Origin: Piptocephalis cylindrospora
Lineage: Eukaryota
Direction: 5' to 3'
DNA: 44,191 bases
Assembly (NCBI GenBank): GCA_003614145.1
Contig: KZ987730.1
Location: 1-44,191, forward strand
Shown: positions 1-10,594 of the stretch, piece after piece
How the letters are laid out: every line of letters starts with the position of its first letter
Numbering within the stretch: position 1 is the stretch's first letter
Translations under genes and position numbers: made by a program
The notes under the pieces: model-generated
The model's input: only the letters and a program-made list of their open reading frames with translations
The model's database searches: none
What the model was told of the DNA's origin: nothing

Positions 1-55
1 AGGGTCCAAGAATATTGTAAGAGAGGGGAGAGGCACGAGCGTGAGCGAGAAGAGA
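1..55 (+). repeat. 55-bp exact direct copy of 3868-3922
   Basis: agggtccaag...gcgagaagaga is identical at 1-55 and 3868-3922. The first copy may extend beyond the window edge. Confidence 0.95.
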
Positions 56-205
56 TAAAAGAGGAAGAAGAGGCAAAGGAGGAAGAAGAGGAAAAGGAGG
101 GAGAAGAGGAAAAGGAGGTAAAGGAGGTAAAGGAGGTAGAGGCAAAGGAGGAAAAAGAGGTAAAGGAGGCAAAAGAGGAAAAAGAGGTAAAGGAGGAGGA
201 AAAGG
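56..205 (+). repeat. Purine-rich coding low-complexity repeat (EEKEVKE units)
   Basis: Repeated gaggtaaag/gaggaaaaa units encode a Glu/Lys linker. Confidence 0.8.
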
Positions 206-837
206 CCAGGGTATTTGCTGTGGATTGCGAAATGTGCAAGACCGAAGTTGGCGCAGAGTTGACCCGAGTCTCTGTCTTAGAATTTACTCTGGATGAGGAA
301 GAGAGAAAAGGGGAGGTGATTGAACGGATGGATGAATTGGTCATGCCCTCTAGGCCGATCCTGGATTACCTGACCAAATTTAGCGGGATTACCGCCGAGA
401 TGATGGTTGGGGTAACGACGACCCTAGCGGATATACAAGGCCAACTTCTGGATCTCCTTTCCCCCAGGGATATCCTTGTCGGTCACTCCCTAAACAGTGA
501 CCTCGTCGCCCTCAAACTGCTGCACCCCCGGGTCATTGACACCTCCCTACTCTATCATCATCCCAAGGGTCCTCCATTCCGCGCGAGCCTCAAATGGCTC
601 GCCCAGCGCCATCTCAAAAGGGAGGTGCAGACATCAGGGGATGCTGGACACAATAGTTTGGAAGATGCACAAGTCTGTGTGGATCTTGTCAAGGCCAAGG
701 CCAAGAAGGGTTGGTCCTTTGGCCGGTTTGATAGCCACCAAGAGTCCATTTTCGCCCGAATCTCCCGAGTGGGTTTAAAGGCGGGCATGGTGGATTATCA
801 AAAGGCCATCCGGCCCTTCCTTATTTGCTTCTCTTGA
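56..837 (+). CDS. REX1: DEDDh exonuclease domain of a REX1/RNH70-like RNA exonuclease (fragment, inverted relative to its own N-terminal half)
   Basis: The frame is open from base 1 through an E/K-rich linker into VFAVDCEMC (Exo I), YLTKFSGIT, LVGHSLNSD (Exo II), IDTSLLY and GHNSLEDA (Exo III). It has no ATG start of its own and ends abruptly shortly after ESIFARI. Confidence 0.85.
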
Positions 838-1917
838 CCCCTTTCCTTCTATCTTTGCTTTCGTACCCTTATAATCCTCTGTGTTTACCCAGCCCTCCCG
901 TAATCCCTCCACGTCGGCTCTGGGATATTCGGCTTCCCTCATCTCCGCAGCTGTTAAGCACATTCTCTCCAGGAGCATGCCCTTACCCTTTTCGGCTGCC
1001 AAAGTACGATTTTGCTCCCGTAGCTGCTTATTGGTCATAGGAACATTCAGTAGCGCTAGCTGAGGGGCATGGACCTGGTTTCCATCTCCAGGCCCCTTGA
1101 CGGGGAAAATATGCGAAAAGTACTGATCAAGGACTGGGAGGTCCTTATAGACTGAAGCAGTAGCCCTTTCCATCGTGGCTAGCAGGGCCCGGTGTTGGAA
1201 ATTGGTCCAGGGAATGGGCCGATAGTCCAGTGGAATAGTCAGATCAACAGGATAGGAGTAGAAAGGATCTGGGGTGAGCATCGGAACATGTAAAAGGAGA
1301 ACATGCCGGATCAGGGCACGTTGCTGAACCAGGAGCCAAGAAGGGTTTGTCCCACAGCCCAGACACCAGAAGATAGCATCACGTACATCGACTGCGGAAA
1401 TACTAGTCTTGAGCTTAGTGGTGTCCAGAGTAAATGACGGGAGAGGCTGGTCGCTTGAGCGGGGCCGTACCTGTTGGGGTACCAAACCCTCCATACCCTT
1501 GACCGGGGAGCGGTCATTCTTGGCTTTCTTGATTTTTTTCCCTTTTTTTGCCGCCACAGTCCATCCTGCAGCCTTGTCCTTCTCGGACAGAATAATTGGG
1601 GGACGGGAAGCGGGTTGAGTCGTAGGTGGAAGCGTCGGTTGACTGGAACTTGCCTCCGGAAGCTCTCCCTCCTCCATCATGTCGTCAGATGTCTCCTCCT
1701 GTCCCGCCTGGTCGGACAAGTCTAAGGACTCAAAAGGATTGACTTCACGTTCTTCCACTCCATCGTGGACTTTGCGACGCTTCTTGGCTTGGGTAGGGGA
1801 GGCAGATTCTTGCGAGTTCGTGGTGACATGAAGAGACGGGTCATTGCTAGGTTCTGCGATCGGAGGGGCTCCTTGATCCAGGTGACGCTTTCCTCTCTTC
1901 ATCCTCCTAGGGGACAT
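775..1917 (-). CDS. REX1: N-terminal half of a REX1/RNH70-like RNA exonuclease
   Basis: A basic NLS-like N-terminus is followed by ISAVDVRDAIFWCLG..NPSWLLVQQRALIRHVLLLHVPML and CLTAAEMREAEYP...GWVNT. These blocks normally precede the DEDDh domain in fungal Rex1. Family-like sequence stops near 815. Confidence 0.7.
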   Translation of the reverse strand: MSPRRMKRGKRHLDQGAPPIAEPSNDPSLHVTTNSQESASPTQAKKRRKVHDGVEEREVNPFESLDLSDQAGQEETSDDMMEEGELPEASSSQPTLPPTTQPASRPPIILSEKDKAAGWTVAAKKGKKIKKAKNDRSPVKGMEGLVPQQVRPRSSDQPLPSFTLDTTKLKTSISAVDVRDAIFWCLGCGTNPSWLLVQQRALIRHVLLLHVPMLTPDPFYSYPVDLTIPLDYRPIPWTNFQHRALLATMERATASVYKDLPVLDQYFSHIFPVKGPGDGNQVHAPQLALLNVPMTNKQLREQNRTLAAEKGKGMLLERMCLTAAEMREAEYPRADVEGLREGWVNTEDYKGTKAKIEGKGSREANKEGPDGLLIIHHARL

Positions 1918-2938
1918 GGTGATGAGGTGGCGGGATGAAGAAGTAAAGTCTTTCCAGGCAGCTGAGCACCTGGGCTAGATAGTTTCTACTTGGATGTGCT
2001 GGGACGCGAGAATGACAGAGCGCGCCCCACAGTGGAACATGGCAATTCTACGACATCGCACTTTTTGCACATTAGTCTCGAGATTAGCGAAATTGGACGA
2101 AAACACCCCTGACCAGTATCTCCATTAGAGTGATCTCGTACGCGGCTGAACGAGGACATGCTTATCATTTAGGGACTGAAAGATTCATTGAAGAAGAAAA
2201 GATGGGGGATCATGAGAAGGTTTCTGCCCGATTGACTTGTGAAAAACTTGGGAAAAGAGGAGGATGTTAGTTTTTCCCAGTACATTTTCATTGCTTACAA
2301 TGATAAATGAGGACGCGTATATTTACCCATTCAATGAAAGACTGCCGCATTGAATAGTGGTATGTGCGTAAAAACATAGGAACAGGACTTGCAATTTCCA
2401 AGTGTAGGAGATGTATACATAATGGTCACGAGTTGATATGAAGAGCCATCTTTGCATTACCATTATTCACACTATGTTCCCAAGCCAAAGGTACAAGATA
2501 CCAAATGCGGTAAAATGTACTTACCAACCAAAATCACCCCAAGCTAGCTGCCCTTCCCCTATACCCCTCTCCTTTATCTCACCGCCCACAAACCATCATC
2601 ACCTACTCCCCTTCCCCTGACCTGATTTATCTGGAAGAGATGGGCAGGCAGGATAGATGATCCATTTCATATCCTCACACCTTCCCCTGAGGCATGATGG
2701 CGCGAATATGTATTTACTTGTATGAAACTTCCCTTTCTTGATACTTAAAAGGGCCTTTGTGTTTTCAAGAGAGATCTGGGCATATAAGGACAATGATTAA
2801 AAGGCCGAATGAGACGAAATAAACCGAGAGGCCGATGTATGTCTACTTGCTTGCTTTTCTTTTTCCAGCCCTCCTCAATTCCCCTCCATTGCGGATCATC
2901 TCCATCGTCTTTTTCCCGTGCCAATATCTACGATTAGA

Positions 2939-4209
2939 ATGCATTTTCGGCACATGCTCCTTTCCATGATCATTCTACTCTTCTATTTAGAACCATATAG
3001 TGCCCAGCGGCTTCACAAGAATAGACCAAGAGTCGAATCATCACATAAGTCGGAAAGTTCCTTGTTCCTTCCCCCAGAAGGTGTTAAAGGAAGGCGTGGA
3101 TCTCAAAGTCAATCAGGCTTTTTAATTAGACCATCTCGCGCATTAGAGGATATCCAAGTGGTTCAGAGGGACACAGACATGGATGAAAGTGGTCGTAACC
3201 CTATCCAAAGGTCGAGGCCAACTCAATCAAGAAGAAGAACAAGAGCTGGTAGGAGGAAGCATGGCCGACGGAGAAGATCTGCCCCAGTCGAAGATGAGGA
3301 TAATGATTCACCAGTAAAGGAAAGGAGAGTTGGGGGCTTTTTTACCTTGTCACACTTTTCACCTACCAGCCAGAACTGGCACTTGTCCTCCCGTGATGGT
3401 GTAGTCTTTGGACGAATCCCTGGGCAGGGACGTATTTTTTGACCTAGGGTGCTTAAGGGTACCCATGCACAAGGGATGCATTGCGTGGTCATTGAAAAGA
3501 GATAAAGCCATCGATGAGATACAAGCTGTAACTGTGATGGGGATGTCCTAAGGTCATTATGTGCGTTTATCTTGAAACATTTCTTTTTTTCATGGATTTT
3601 CTATTCTTTATCGTGTTCATTGAGTTCATGCTTCCTATTATTCATTATCCCCTTAATAGTGAAAAATGGCCAATTTGTTGGCCCCATATTCGTGCCATAT
3701 TATCTCGTTTATCGAGGAGCTAGGGAACCGAATAAGTTGACATTAAAATCATTTCTCCATCGAAATCCGAGGTATCCTGTACCCCTGAGGAAGATGGTGT
3801 ATATGGCAATGCATGAAACAGATACGGCTCATGACGAGGACCCATGGACTGCAAAGGCAAGTTGAAGAGGGTCCAAGAATATTGTAAGAGAGGGGAGAGG
3901 CACGAGCGTGAGCGAGAAGAGAGATGCAAGGCAATGTAGGCTTACCTATCTTAGCCCTTTCGCGATGCTTTGAACCTCCCCATCCTTGCTTGTCTGACTG
4001 GATATACCATTGGCCTCACCCAAGACCGTTCTCCCAGAGCATATATCCTTCCTCCTATTCGGGAGGATGCATGGTACTTGACATGCACCATCTCCGACGT
4101 GACCTCTGCTTCATTTTTGGATATGGTCTCCGCTCAGACCATCCACACACATTTGCACATACCTTTTCTCTCGTCATGGTCAACTCCGCAGCACAATCTC
4201 AGGTCTTAG
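2939..4209 (+). CDS. Putative multi-exon secreted protein of unknown function (middle exon structure unresolved)
   Basis: ATG 2939 is followed by a signal-peptide-like MHFRHMLLSMIILLFYLEPYSA and a basic R-rich region. Predicted introns 3561-3659 (GTGCGT..TAG) and 3857-3954 (AAG|GCAAGT..TAG) join the 3572 and 3970 ORFs in frame. In-frame stops at 3440-3517 need another intron that I could not place. Confidence 0.4.
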
Positions 4210-5287
4210 TGGTGAAACCTTTATTCCCCTCTCCCCAGGCAGCCCTCTTGGTGTGTCATGTCTGTAGCTGCACCGTCGATCCTGAACCGCCCAGGGAAAG
4301 GATTGGGATATCTCTCCCCCTCCCTCATGGGTGCTTCCCCGGCCCTTTCTTTCAAGCTCTGTGAGAGGGCAATGACTGTAGTCGGTCACGTCCATATCAT
4401 CCCTTCTAGGGTCCAAGGGAGAAGGTGAGCAATCCGTCCCTTTCATTTATTATCACCTTGGATAACTTGCCCCTCCACCTAGTTCCTCTCGTCGTGGCCA
4501 CCTCTTTTCTTCCTCCATCCACCTCTCTTTCACCATTCCCCATTGCATTTCGTCTCCAGCATCCACTCCTTATTCTCCTACTCCTCCTCCTTTCTTCTTC
4601 TCTCCCTCCCTCTTTCCCCCCTAGTGCCCGTTGCACGGTCTGGTCACCACGTCCATACCCCTTTTGCTCCCCTTGATCCCCTCATTCCCCCTCCCCCCGG
4701 AAAAAACTCACCCACACCGCCCTCTTACTAATATTGCAAGTCCCCTTTACAAAGTAAGTCCTACATAGGAAAAGGGGAGTTGGCGGAAGGATGGATCACT
4801 GCAGGAATTGTCCCCACAAGGATATCTCCCCTACATAGCCATACACACTCCCCCATCCCCTGTAATTTTACCCTGGATTCTACATGCTCAAGCATCCCAT
4901 CTCATGTTCCTGCTCCCAACCCCTGTTCATCTCTTCTGGGCTCAGCCCCTCAGCATATTCCACTCCACTCCTCCACTCTCCATACATCTGAATATCTTTG
5001 CATGAACTATCCATGTATCCCATCCACCCTTTCTCCTTCCTTCCCCATGGCCTCGCATTTTCTCATATCCCTGCTAACATTCTTGTTCTCTCCCTCCCCC
5101 CACTTCTTCACTTAGTCTTGTACTTGCACACTTACCAAACCTTCACTCCATCCACCTTGATTCTCCTTAAATTATCTTTGCTGGATTGAATCCTCCGCCC
5201 ACCCACTTGTTACACGCATCATTCGTTCCCCATCTCCCCCCTTCCCCCCTCTCTCCCTCATCCGTTCTTCATTGATCGTAGATCCTG

Positions 5288-5378
5288 GTGAGTGTGGTTT
5301 TGTCATTGACTGGGGCCATTGGGAGATTTGGAAATATCCCTCTGCTCATCATCAACTCTTTCCTTCCTCATCCTATAG
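5288..5378 (+). other. Predicted 5'UTR intron of the 5535 gene
   Basis: GTGAGT donor, GCTCAT branch-like site, pyrimidine tract and TAG acceptor. Confidence 0.55.
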
Positions 5379-5534
5379 ATCATTGAGGTAGATCCTTGTG
5401 GAAGAAGATTAAGAATAATCTTTTTTTGCCCTCCTCCTCCATCATTCCCCTTCACCGAAAGAAGTCATTTGTTCTTTCAATCGCCCAGATCCTCTTCATT
5501 CCCTCAATTTTTTTCCTCTTCACCTTCACCTAGG

Positions 5535-7814
5535 ATGATCAATATGAACTTGATGATGGCAGCCTTAATGCTGGCTACGATCGACCCCCTAATGGCGTCT
5601 GATCATGCCGATCCTGCGGCCTCCATACCATCCATCCGTGCTCCGGGCCTCCATACTCGAACCAGTGTGGATCCCGTACCTTCTCCGCTCTACAAGAGAA
5701 TGACTCGAACAGGGCACTCTGGGCCTTCTTACAAGCACCCGGCCTCTGGGCCTGGGTTTCATTACCATTGGCATCCTCATCACCATCATTGGTTTCCTCA
5801 TCCTGATGGACATGCCGCCCATCGGTTCTCTCGTCCTGAAGAGGAGGACGATGAGGAGGAGGATGATGATGATGATGAGGAGGATGATGATGATGAGGAG
5901 GAAGAGGATGGAGATACTGAAGCCACTGGAGATGGGGAAGACGAGGAGGAAAAGGAGGGCGAAGATGACAAAGAAGATGACGAAGATATTGACGAAGCTG
6001 ATGACGATAGCGACGAGATAGTCGCGTCTGGGATAGGATCCACAGACATTCGCCATAAAGATACCCAGGATCATCAGGATGTCCCTCCAGGCCAATCTGA
6101 GGGAGAACGTCTTTCCGAAAATTCTGGCCATAATGATGTCACTGAGGGAGAGGATGAATCTGACGAGCAGGATTCCTCCGGACCCATTCGCCCATTTAAC
6201 GCCCACCCCTTCCATCAGGATCATGCTAGCGATTTCCAGCCGACCGGTGGGAAGCTTCAATCGGAAACGTCTTCTGAAGAGCATGATGAAAGTGGGCATG
6301 ATTCTGACCAAGGATCTGTTGGTGAAAGCAAAGCTCCCGTTAGAGACACTGAGACATTACCCGGAAATACCCCTGACTCGGATTCCTCCAAGCCGTCCCA
6401 AGGGGATGTTGTAGCCGCAGCAGCCTCTATAGCCCAAGAAAGCCCATCTCACTCTGCCGATTTTGCTGGAGATGGAACTTTGACGGCAGGAATGCCTGTG
6501 CCTTTAGGTACTCCTCCTTCTTCCCAGGGCCAAGGACAAGGTCCGAACCTTGTGCATTCCCGATCCGGCCTAATTGGTGTGGATAAGGGAAGTAGCGCTC
6601 CTTGGAATATGGGTGGCAAGGATGTGTCGAGTCCTGGGCAGTTTGGCGGCAAGACGGCTACACCTCCTCCTCCCACAGCTCCAGTTCCTGCGAGCACCCC
6701 ATCGGTAAACAAGGGAAATCCCTCTCTAGCCCTAGGACCTGCCTCAGCTCTGACCCCTGCAGCTCCCTCCGCCCAATCAATGAATGCTGCCCCACAGCCG
6801 AGAACAGCTGCTGGACCAGCTCAGGAAAAGAGTCTTAAGCCTCAGCACGTTGGTAATGTCCGATCTTCTGCAGTAGATGGGAAAGATAATGGCTCGGGCC
6901 GTTCCTCCTCTATGACCTCAGCCAATGCTCCCTCGACGGTCCAGGCCGGGTCTGGGAGTATGCCTGCTCCGGCTATTGCAGGAGTGGTACTTGGTGGGGT
7001 GCTGGTGGCCGTGGGGGCCCTTGCTCTTCTCATGGTCCGGACCGGGAAGCAGGAGGAAGGGACCCAGGGCAAGGATGGGTTGAGGGGAGAGAAGGGATTA
7101 GATGGAAAGAGAAGGTCGCACGATGATGATGATGAGGAGGGAGATGATGATGGCCTGATTACATCCCTGGAACCCCGGACACAGGAGCAATTGGATAAGG
7201 AAATGATGCCTCAACCTATGGTCCTTCGGGACATGTCGATTCCGCGGCCCCAGGTTGGGGAGGACCAAGGAGTGGTGTGGGCCCCGGTGATGCCCCAGGT
7301 GGCGCATGTTCGAGTCTCAGCGATTCCATCACTCGACATCCAGAATCGTCGGGAGAGCGATATCTTTGGCCGAATGGAGGATGGTGAGGAAGACCACGAG
7401 GAGTATGATCATGGGGACGACGAAGAAGAGGGGTATTTTGTACCCGAGGAGTATGAGACGGACGGAACTGGGCAGGGAGTCATGATGATAAACGAGGAAG
7501 GAGGGCAAGTGGAGGGAGATGGTATGAGGATGGAGGCGCCAGTGACATTTGAGGCTATGCCTATTGAATACGATGAGGAAGGCGAGGGCGAGGGCCAGCA
7601 TGGTGCCGAGGAAGAGGAACGTCATGGTGGGGCATATGAGGGGGAGATGGGCGGCTCCCGGGTGACAACGCCCCTTGCGGAGCATGGACCCCCTGGAGGT
7701 GGGAACGTCGGGGATGCACGTGCCCTTAACGCTGAGGATGTGGAGCACCGCTTTCCCAGGCCTCCCAGTGTCACTTGGAGCAGTGGAGAATCTCGTGCTG
7801 ATCGGTACATCTAG
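5535..7814 (+). CDS. Type I membrane/surface protein, mostly low complexity
   Basis: Hydrophobic N-terminal signal, LYKR site, His-rich patch, long Asp/Glu tract and Ser/Pro/Ala-rich stalk. A single TM helix (IAGVVLGGVLVAVGALALLMV) precedes an acidic cytoplasmic tail. Confidence 0.75.
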   Translation: MINMNLMMAALMLATIDPLMASDHADPAASIPSIRAPGLHTRTSVDPVPSPLYKRMTRTGHSGPSYKHPASGPGFHYHWHPHHHHWFPHPDGHAAHRFSRPEEEDDEEEDDDDDEEDDDDEEEEDGDTEATGDGEDEEEKEGEDDKEDDEDIDEADDDSDEIVASGIGSTDIRHKDTQDHQDVPPGQSEGERLSENSGHNDVTEGEDESDEQDSSGPIRPFNAHPFHQDHASDFQPTGGKLQSETSSEEHDESGHDSDQGSVGESKAPVRDTETLPGNTPDSDSSKPSQGDVVAAAASIAQESPSHSADFAGDGTLTAGMPVPLGTPPSSQGQGQGPNLVHSRSGLIGVDKGSSAPWNMGGKDVSSPGQFGGKTATPPPPTAPVPASTPSVNKGNPSLALGPASALTPAAPSAQSMNAAPQPRTAAGPAQEKSLKPQHVGNVRSSAVDGKDNGSGRSSSMTSANAPSTVQAGSGSMPAPAIAGVVLGGVLVAVGALALLMVRTGKQEEGTQGKDGLRGEKGLDGKRRSHDDDDEEGDDDGLITSLEPRTQEQLDKEMMPQPMVLRDMSIPRPQVGEDQGVVWAPVMPQVAHVRVSAIPSLDIQNRRESDIFGRMEDGEEDHEEYDHGDDEEEGYFVPEEYETDGTGQGVMMINEEGGQVEGDGMRMEAPVTFEAMPIEYDEEGEGEGQHGAEEEERHGGAYEGEMGGSRVTTPLAEHGPPGGGNVGDARALNAEDVEHRFPRPPSVTWSSGESRADRYI

Positions 7815-8517
7815 TCGGATTGGCTCATCAGGGAGGTGAGAATTGCATAAGAAAGCGAGGGTAAGAGGGGAGAGTGGCTATATCTTGACGGAATATATAA
7901 GTGGGATAGGAGAACCATTATTTATGCTTTAGGTTATTCATGTCAATGCCATCTTGGAAGGTCTACGGATTTCTTGTCAATTTAAACGGGAAAGGGCGGG
8001 TGAGCATAGAGATGATTAGTATAAAGATATAGCTGCCATTAACGAGGCCTGAGATCCTCGGTGTACGTCTTGTCTTGATGAATAATGAGGCTCATTTTCT
8101 AGATTGATACTCTGGATGAAATGTACTAATGTAGGTCCAATTGGTGCTAAAGGTGATATTTGAGATTAAGGATACGACTGCTCTGATGGGACTTTATAGT
8201 CATCATAACTTCATACTGTGTCTTGGGAGGGTCGGCTGTGTGTGAGTAGGGCCAGCCCGCCCCTCTTTTCCTCCTGTCTTCCCAAGACACATTCCACCAG
8301 CTGTGGCAATTTTAGTGAATGTTACTCGATTTGTTAGAAGGGAGCCGTTTTGCCACCCTTTTATCTCCCTCTGGCGTCCCCACTATCAGCCCCCTTCCCA
8401 TCCATTCTCCCTTCCTTCTCATCACAACATCCCCTCTTCCATCCTCCCTTGATCAGTCCCGTTCGATCACCTCCTTACTTCTTCCTTCTCCTCCCTTCTC
8501 TTCTCCTTCCTCCCCAT

Positions 8518-8794
8518 GTAAGCAATTTTCTTCCCTTGTTATCCCTGATGATCCAGGGGGTATCGACCAACATCGGCACCTGACCAGCTGGGAACCCAGC
8601 AATGGGATTGGCCCAACTCCTGTACTGGTGTACCTGCCCAGTCATCAGGGCATACTTCTCTCTTTCCCTTCCTTTCCCCCTCGCTTCCTCCTAAGGGCTA
8701 GACCCATGATTTACCGTTTCTATTCCTAATCCCCTTCCCTCCCCTCACGCTTTGCCCTCTTCCCCTCATTCAATTCCTCTGAATTTCCTTTCAG
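8518..8794 (+). other. Predicted long (277 nt) 5'UTR intron of the Yra1-like gene, containing a base-paired element
   Basis: GTAAGC donor at 8518, pyrimidine tract and TTTCAG acceptor at 8794, about 30 nt before ATG 8826. Inverted repeat at 8543-8551/8642-8650. Confidence 0.55.
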
Positions 8795-8825
8795 CTCGAC
8801 AGAGATCCCTCCCACGCTGATCAAC

Positions 8826-9693
8826 ATGTCCGATCACCTTGATCTTTCCCTGGAACAACTCCTTGAAATGCAGTCGGGCGGTGCAAAATCCCGAGGCCGA
8901 TCCACTGGTCCCATGCGTAGATCTCAGGGATCTGCGCCCTATGGCTCTCGTCCTCGTCGTTCCGCTCCTCCCTCCGCCACAGGGTTAAAGGAGGATACTG
9001 GGTCCAAGATCCTTGTCTCTCATCTTGGCTACAATATCACTGAGCCTGAGCTTAGGGTATGGCTTTTCTGTCCTTGTGTGAGTGCATGTGAACGGCATCC
9101 TTATCTCCTCGTATCCCTCCCACCTCTTTATGCATACAGGAGCTCTTTGGGAAGATTGGTGAACTCCGCAAGTGTCAGCTCTTCCACGACGCCCAGGGAA
9201 AGTCAATTGGCACAGCGCAGATTGTCTTTGCTGAAAAGGCCGATGGATACCGCGCTGCCGAAGCGTATCATGCGGTGACCCTGGATGGGAGGCCCATGAA
9301 GGTTGAGGTGGCCATGGTTCCCCGGTCCGCTCTGGCCATGGTCCAGCGTGCGTCTGGTGATGTGACCTCCAGGTTCGTTTCTAACCTTGTCTTGCCTTTT
9401 GGAGGGATGGTGGGGGATCGTAGAGACTATGGAAGATTCGAGACTGACTCGTACTTTTTTTTGACAATAGACTCGGTGAACGTGGTGGCTCTGGAGACAG
9501 GAGAATGGGTGGTCGTGGTGGCGGGGACCGGAGGAGCGGCCGTCGTCATGGATTTGAGGAAGATACCACGCCCAAGGCCACATTCCAGGAACTCGATGCG
9601 CAGATGGATGATTATGCCACGGCTGATGCTGGCATGGCTCAGGGCGGTGGAGTACAGGACGATGTAGGTGTTAAGCTGGGCGGTCTTTTTTAG
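8826..9693 (+). CDS. YRA1: Yra1/ALYREF (THOC4)-like mRNA export adaptor; exons 8826-9056, 9140-9372, 9471-9693
   Basis: N-box LDLSLEQLL; spliced RRM ILVSHLGYNITEPELRELFGKIG...GKSIGTAQIVF...YHAVTLDGRPMKVEV; RGG region; C-box TFQELDAQMDDY. Both GT-AG introns keep frame. Confidence 0.85.
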
Positions 9694-10252
9694 GCCGAGC
9701 TATGCAGATACTCATATTCTTCTTCCTCCTGGACGATTATAAATACCATGTAGATTCATTACGGTTAAATGATCCAATCGGCGGAGAGTTGTCCCAAGGA
9801 TAAGTTGATGATGGCGAAAAGGGGATCCAAACCCAGTGGATTGATACTAGAGGGATATATCCTTTATCATACAGGTATATATATATCTCTTTGATGCTGT
9901 TGAGTCAATCTACGTTTATCTTCTCTTTTCCGTCGTACTGGGGGGGAGATCATGATAACGATCGTGTGTGTATGAGGGAGAATACTTTTCAATTGGCTTG
10001 TATACGAACATGATCATCAATCCACCCTCTTTCCAATCATGGCATGGATGAGGCCAATCAATAACGGCAATCCATCTTCCCCTATCCCGTGTAGCAAAAA
10101 AGGAGATGGTCATGAAAAGACATGTGTATTCACAGGTGCGTGCACAATCGCATGAGGGTGGAAAAGACAAGAGACAAAGAGGAGTGGAGATGGAACACTT
10201 AACTCCCTCTTAACAAAGCCCCCTCCCGCATGGTGAAATCCCTGCAATCTCC

Positions 10253-10594
10253 TTAGTAAGGAGACTTGTAGAGGGTATCCAAGTGACAGGAGGAAAGGAT
10301 GGCATCCTGTTTGGCCGAGGATAAGCACGCAGGATCATTCTCCTCTATGTCAACATGACATAAAGTAGGATGATCGTGACTCCATTGATTGGCGCCAAGG
10401 CCATAATGAGAGGTCTCATGGGCCAGGGGCTGGACGTCCGAGGAAGCCATGTAGCCATCGACTCGTCTGTTGCAGGTAACGTCCTCTCGGGTCAATGAGT
10501 ACCTACGGCCATGGCCCTTTCCCGAAAGGGTAGGGTGATCATGGATCCAGAGTTGGGTACGATCCAAAGGGTGATGGTGGCGATGATGAACCAT
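10253..10594 (-). CDS. Small hypothetical protein (113 aa)
   Basis: The ATG sits in a good context (ttcaacATG) after a pyrimidine-rich leader, and HDHPTL occurs twice. It is the most plausible ORF in the gap; I recognise no family. Confidence 0.35.
   Translation of the reverse strand: MVHHRHHHPLDRTQLWIHDHPTLSGKGHGRRYSLTREDVTCNRRVDGYMASSDVQPLAHETSHYGLGANQWSHDHPTLCHVDIEENDPACLSSAKQDAILSSCHLDTLYKSPY

Noticed and set aside
2790..2820. U2 snRNA-like TCGGCCTTTT on the minus strand
   Set aside because: The match is about 10 nt and the GTGTAGTA branch-pairing sequence does not follow.
1..3922. LTR pair or transposon bounded by the 55-bp repeat
   Set aside because: There is no gag/pol/transposase between the copies and no CA end. 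The second copy is ordinary intron sequence.
5589..6311. 240-aa hydrophobic minus-strand ORF
   Set aside because: It is the antisense shadow of Asp/Glu codons in the 5535 gene.
8543..8650. C/D box snoRNA or TPP riboswitch
   Set aside because: TGATGA and an internal CTGA are present, but there is no terminal D box by the closing stem. The TPP CUGAGA core is absent and the host gene is unrelated to thiamine.
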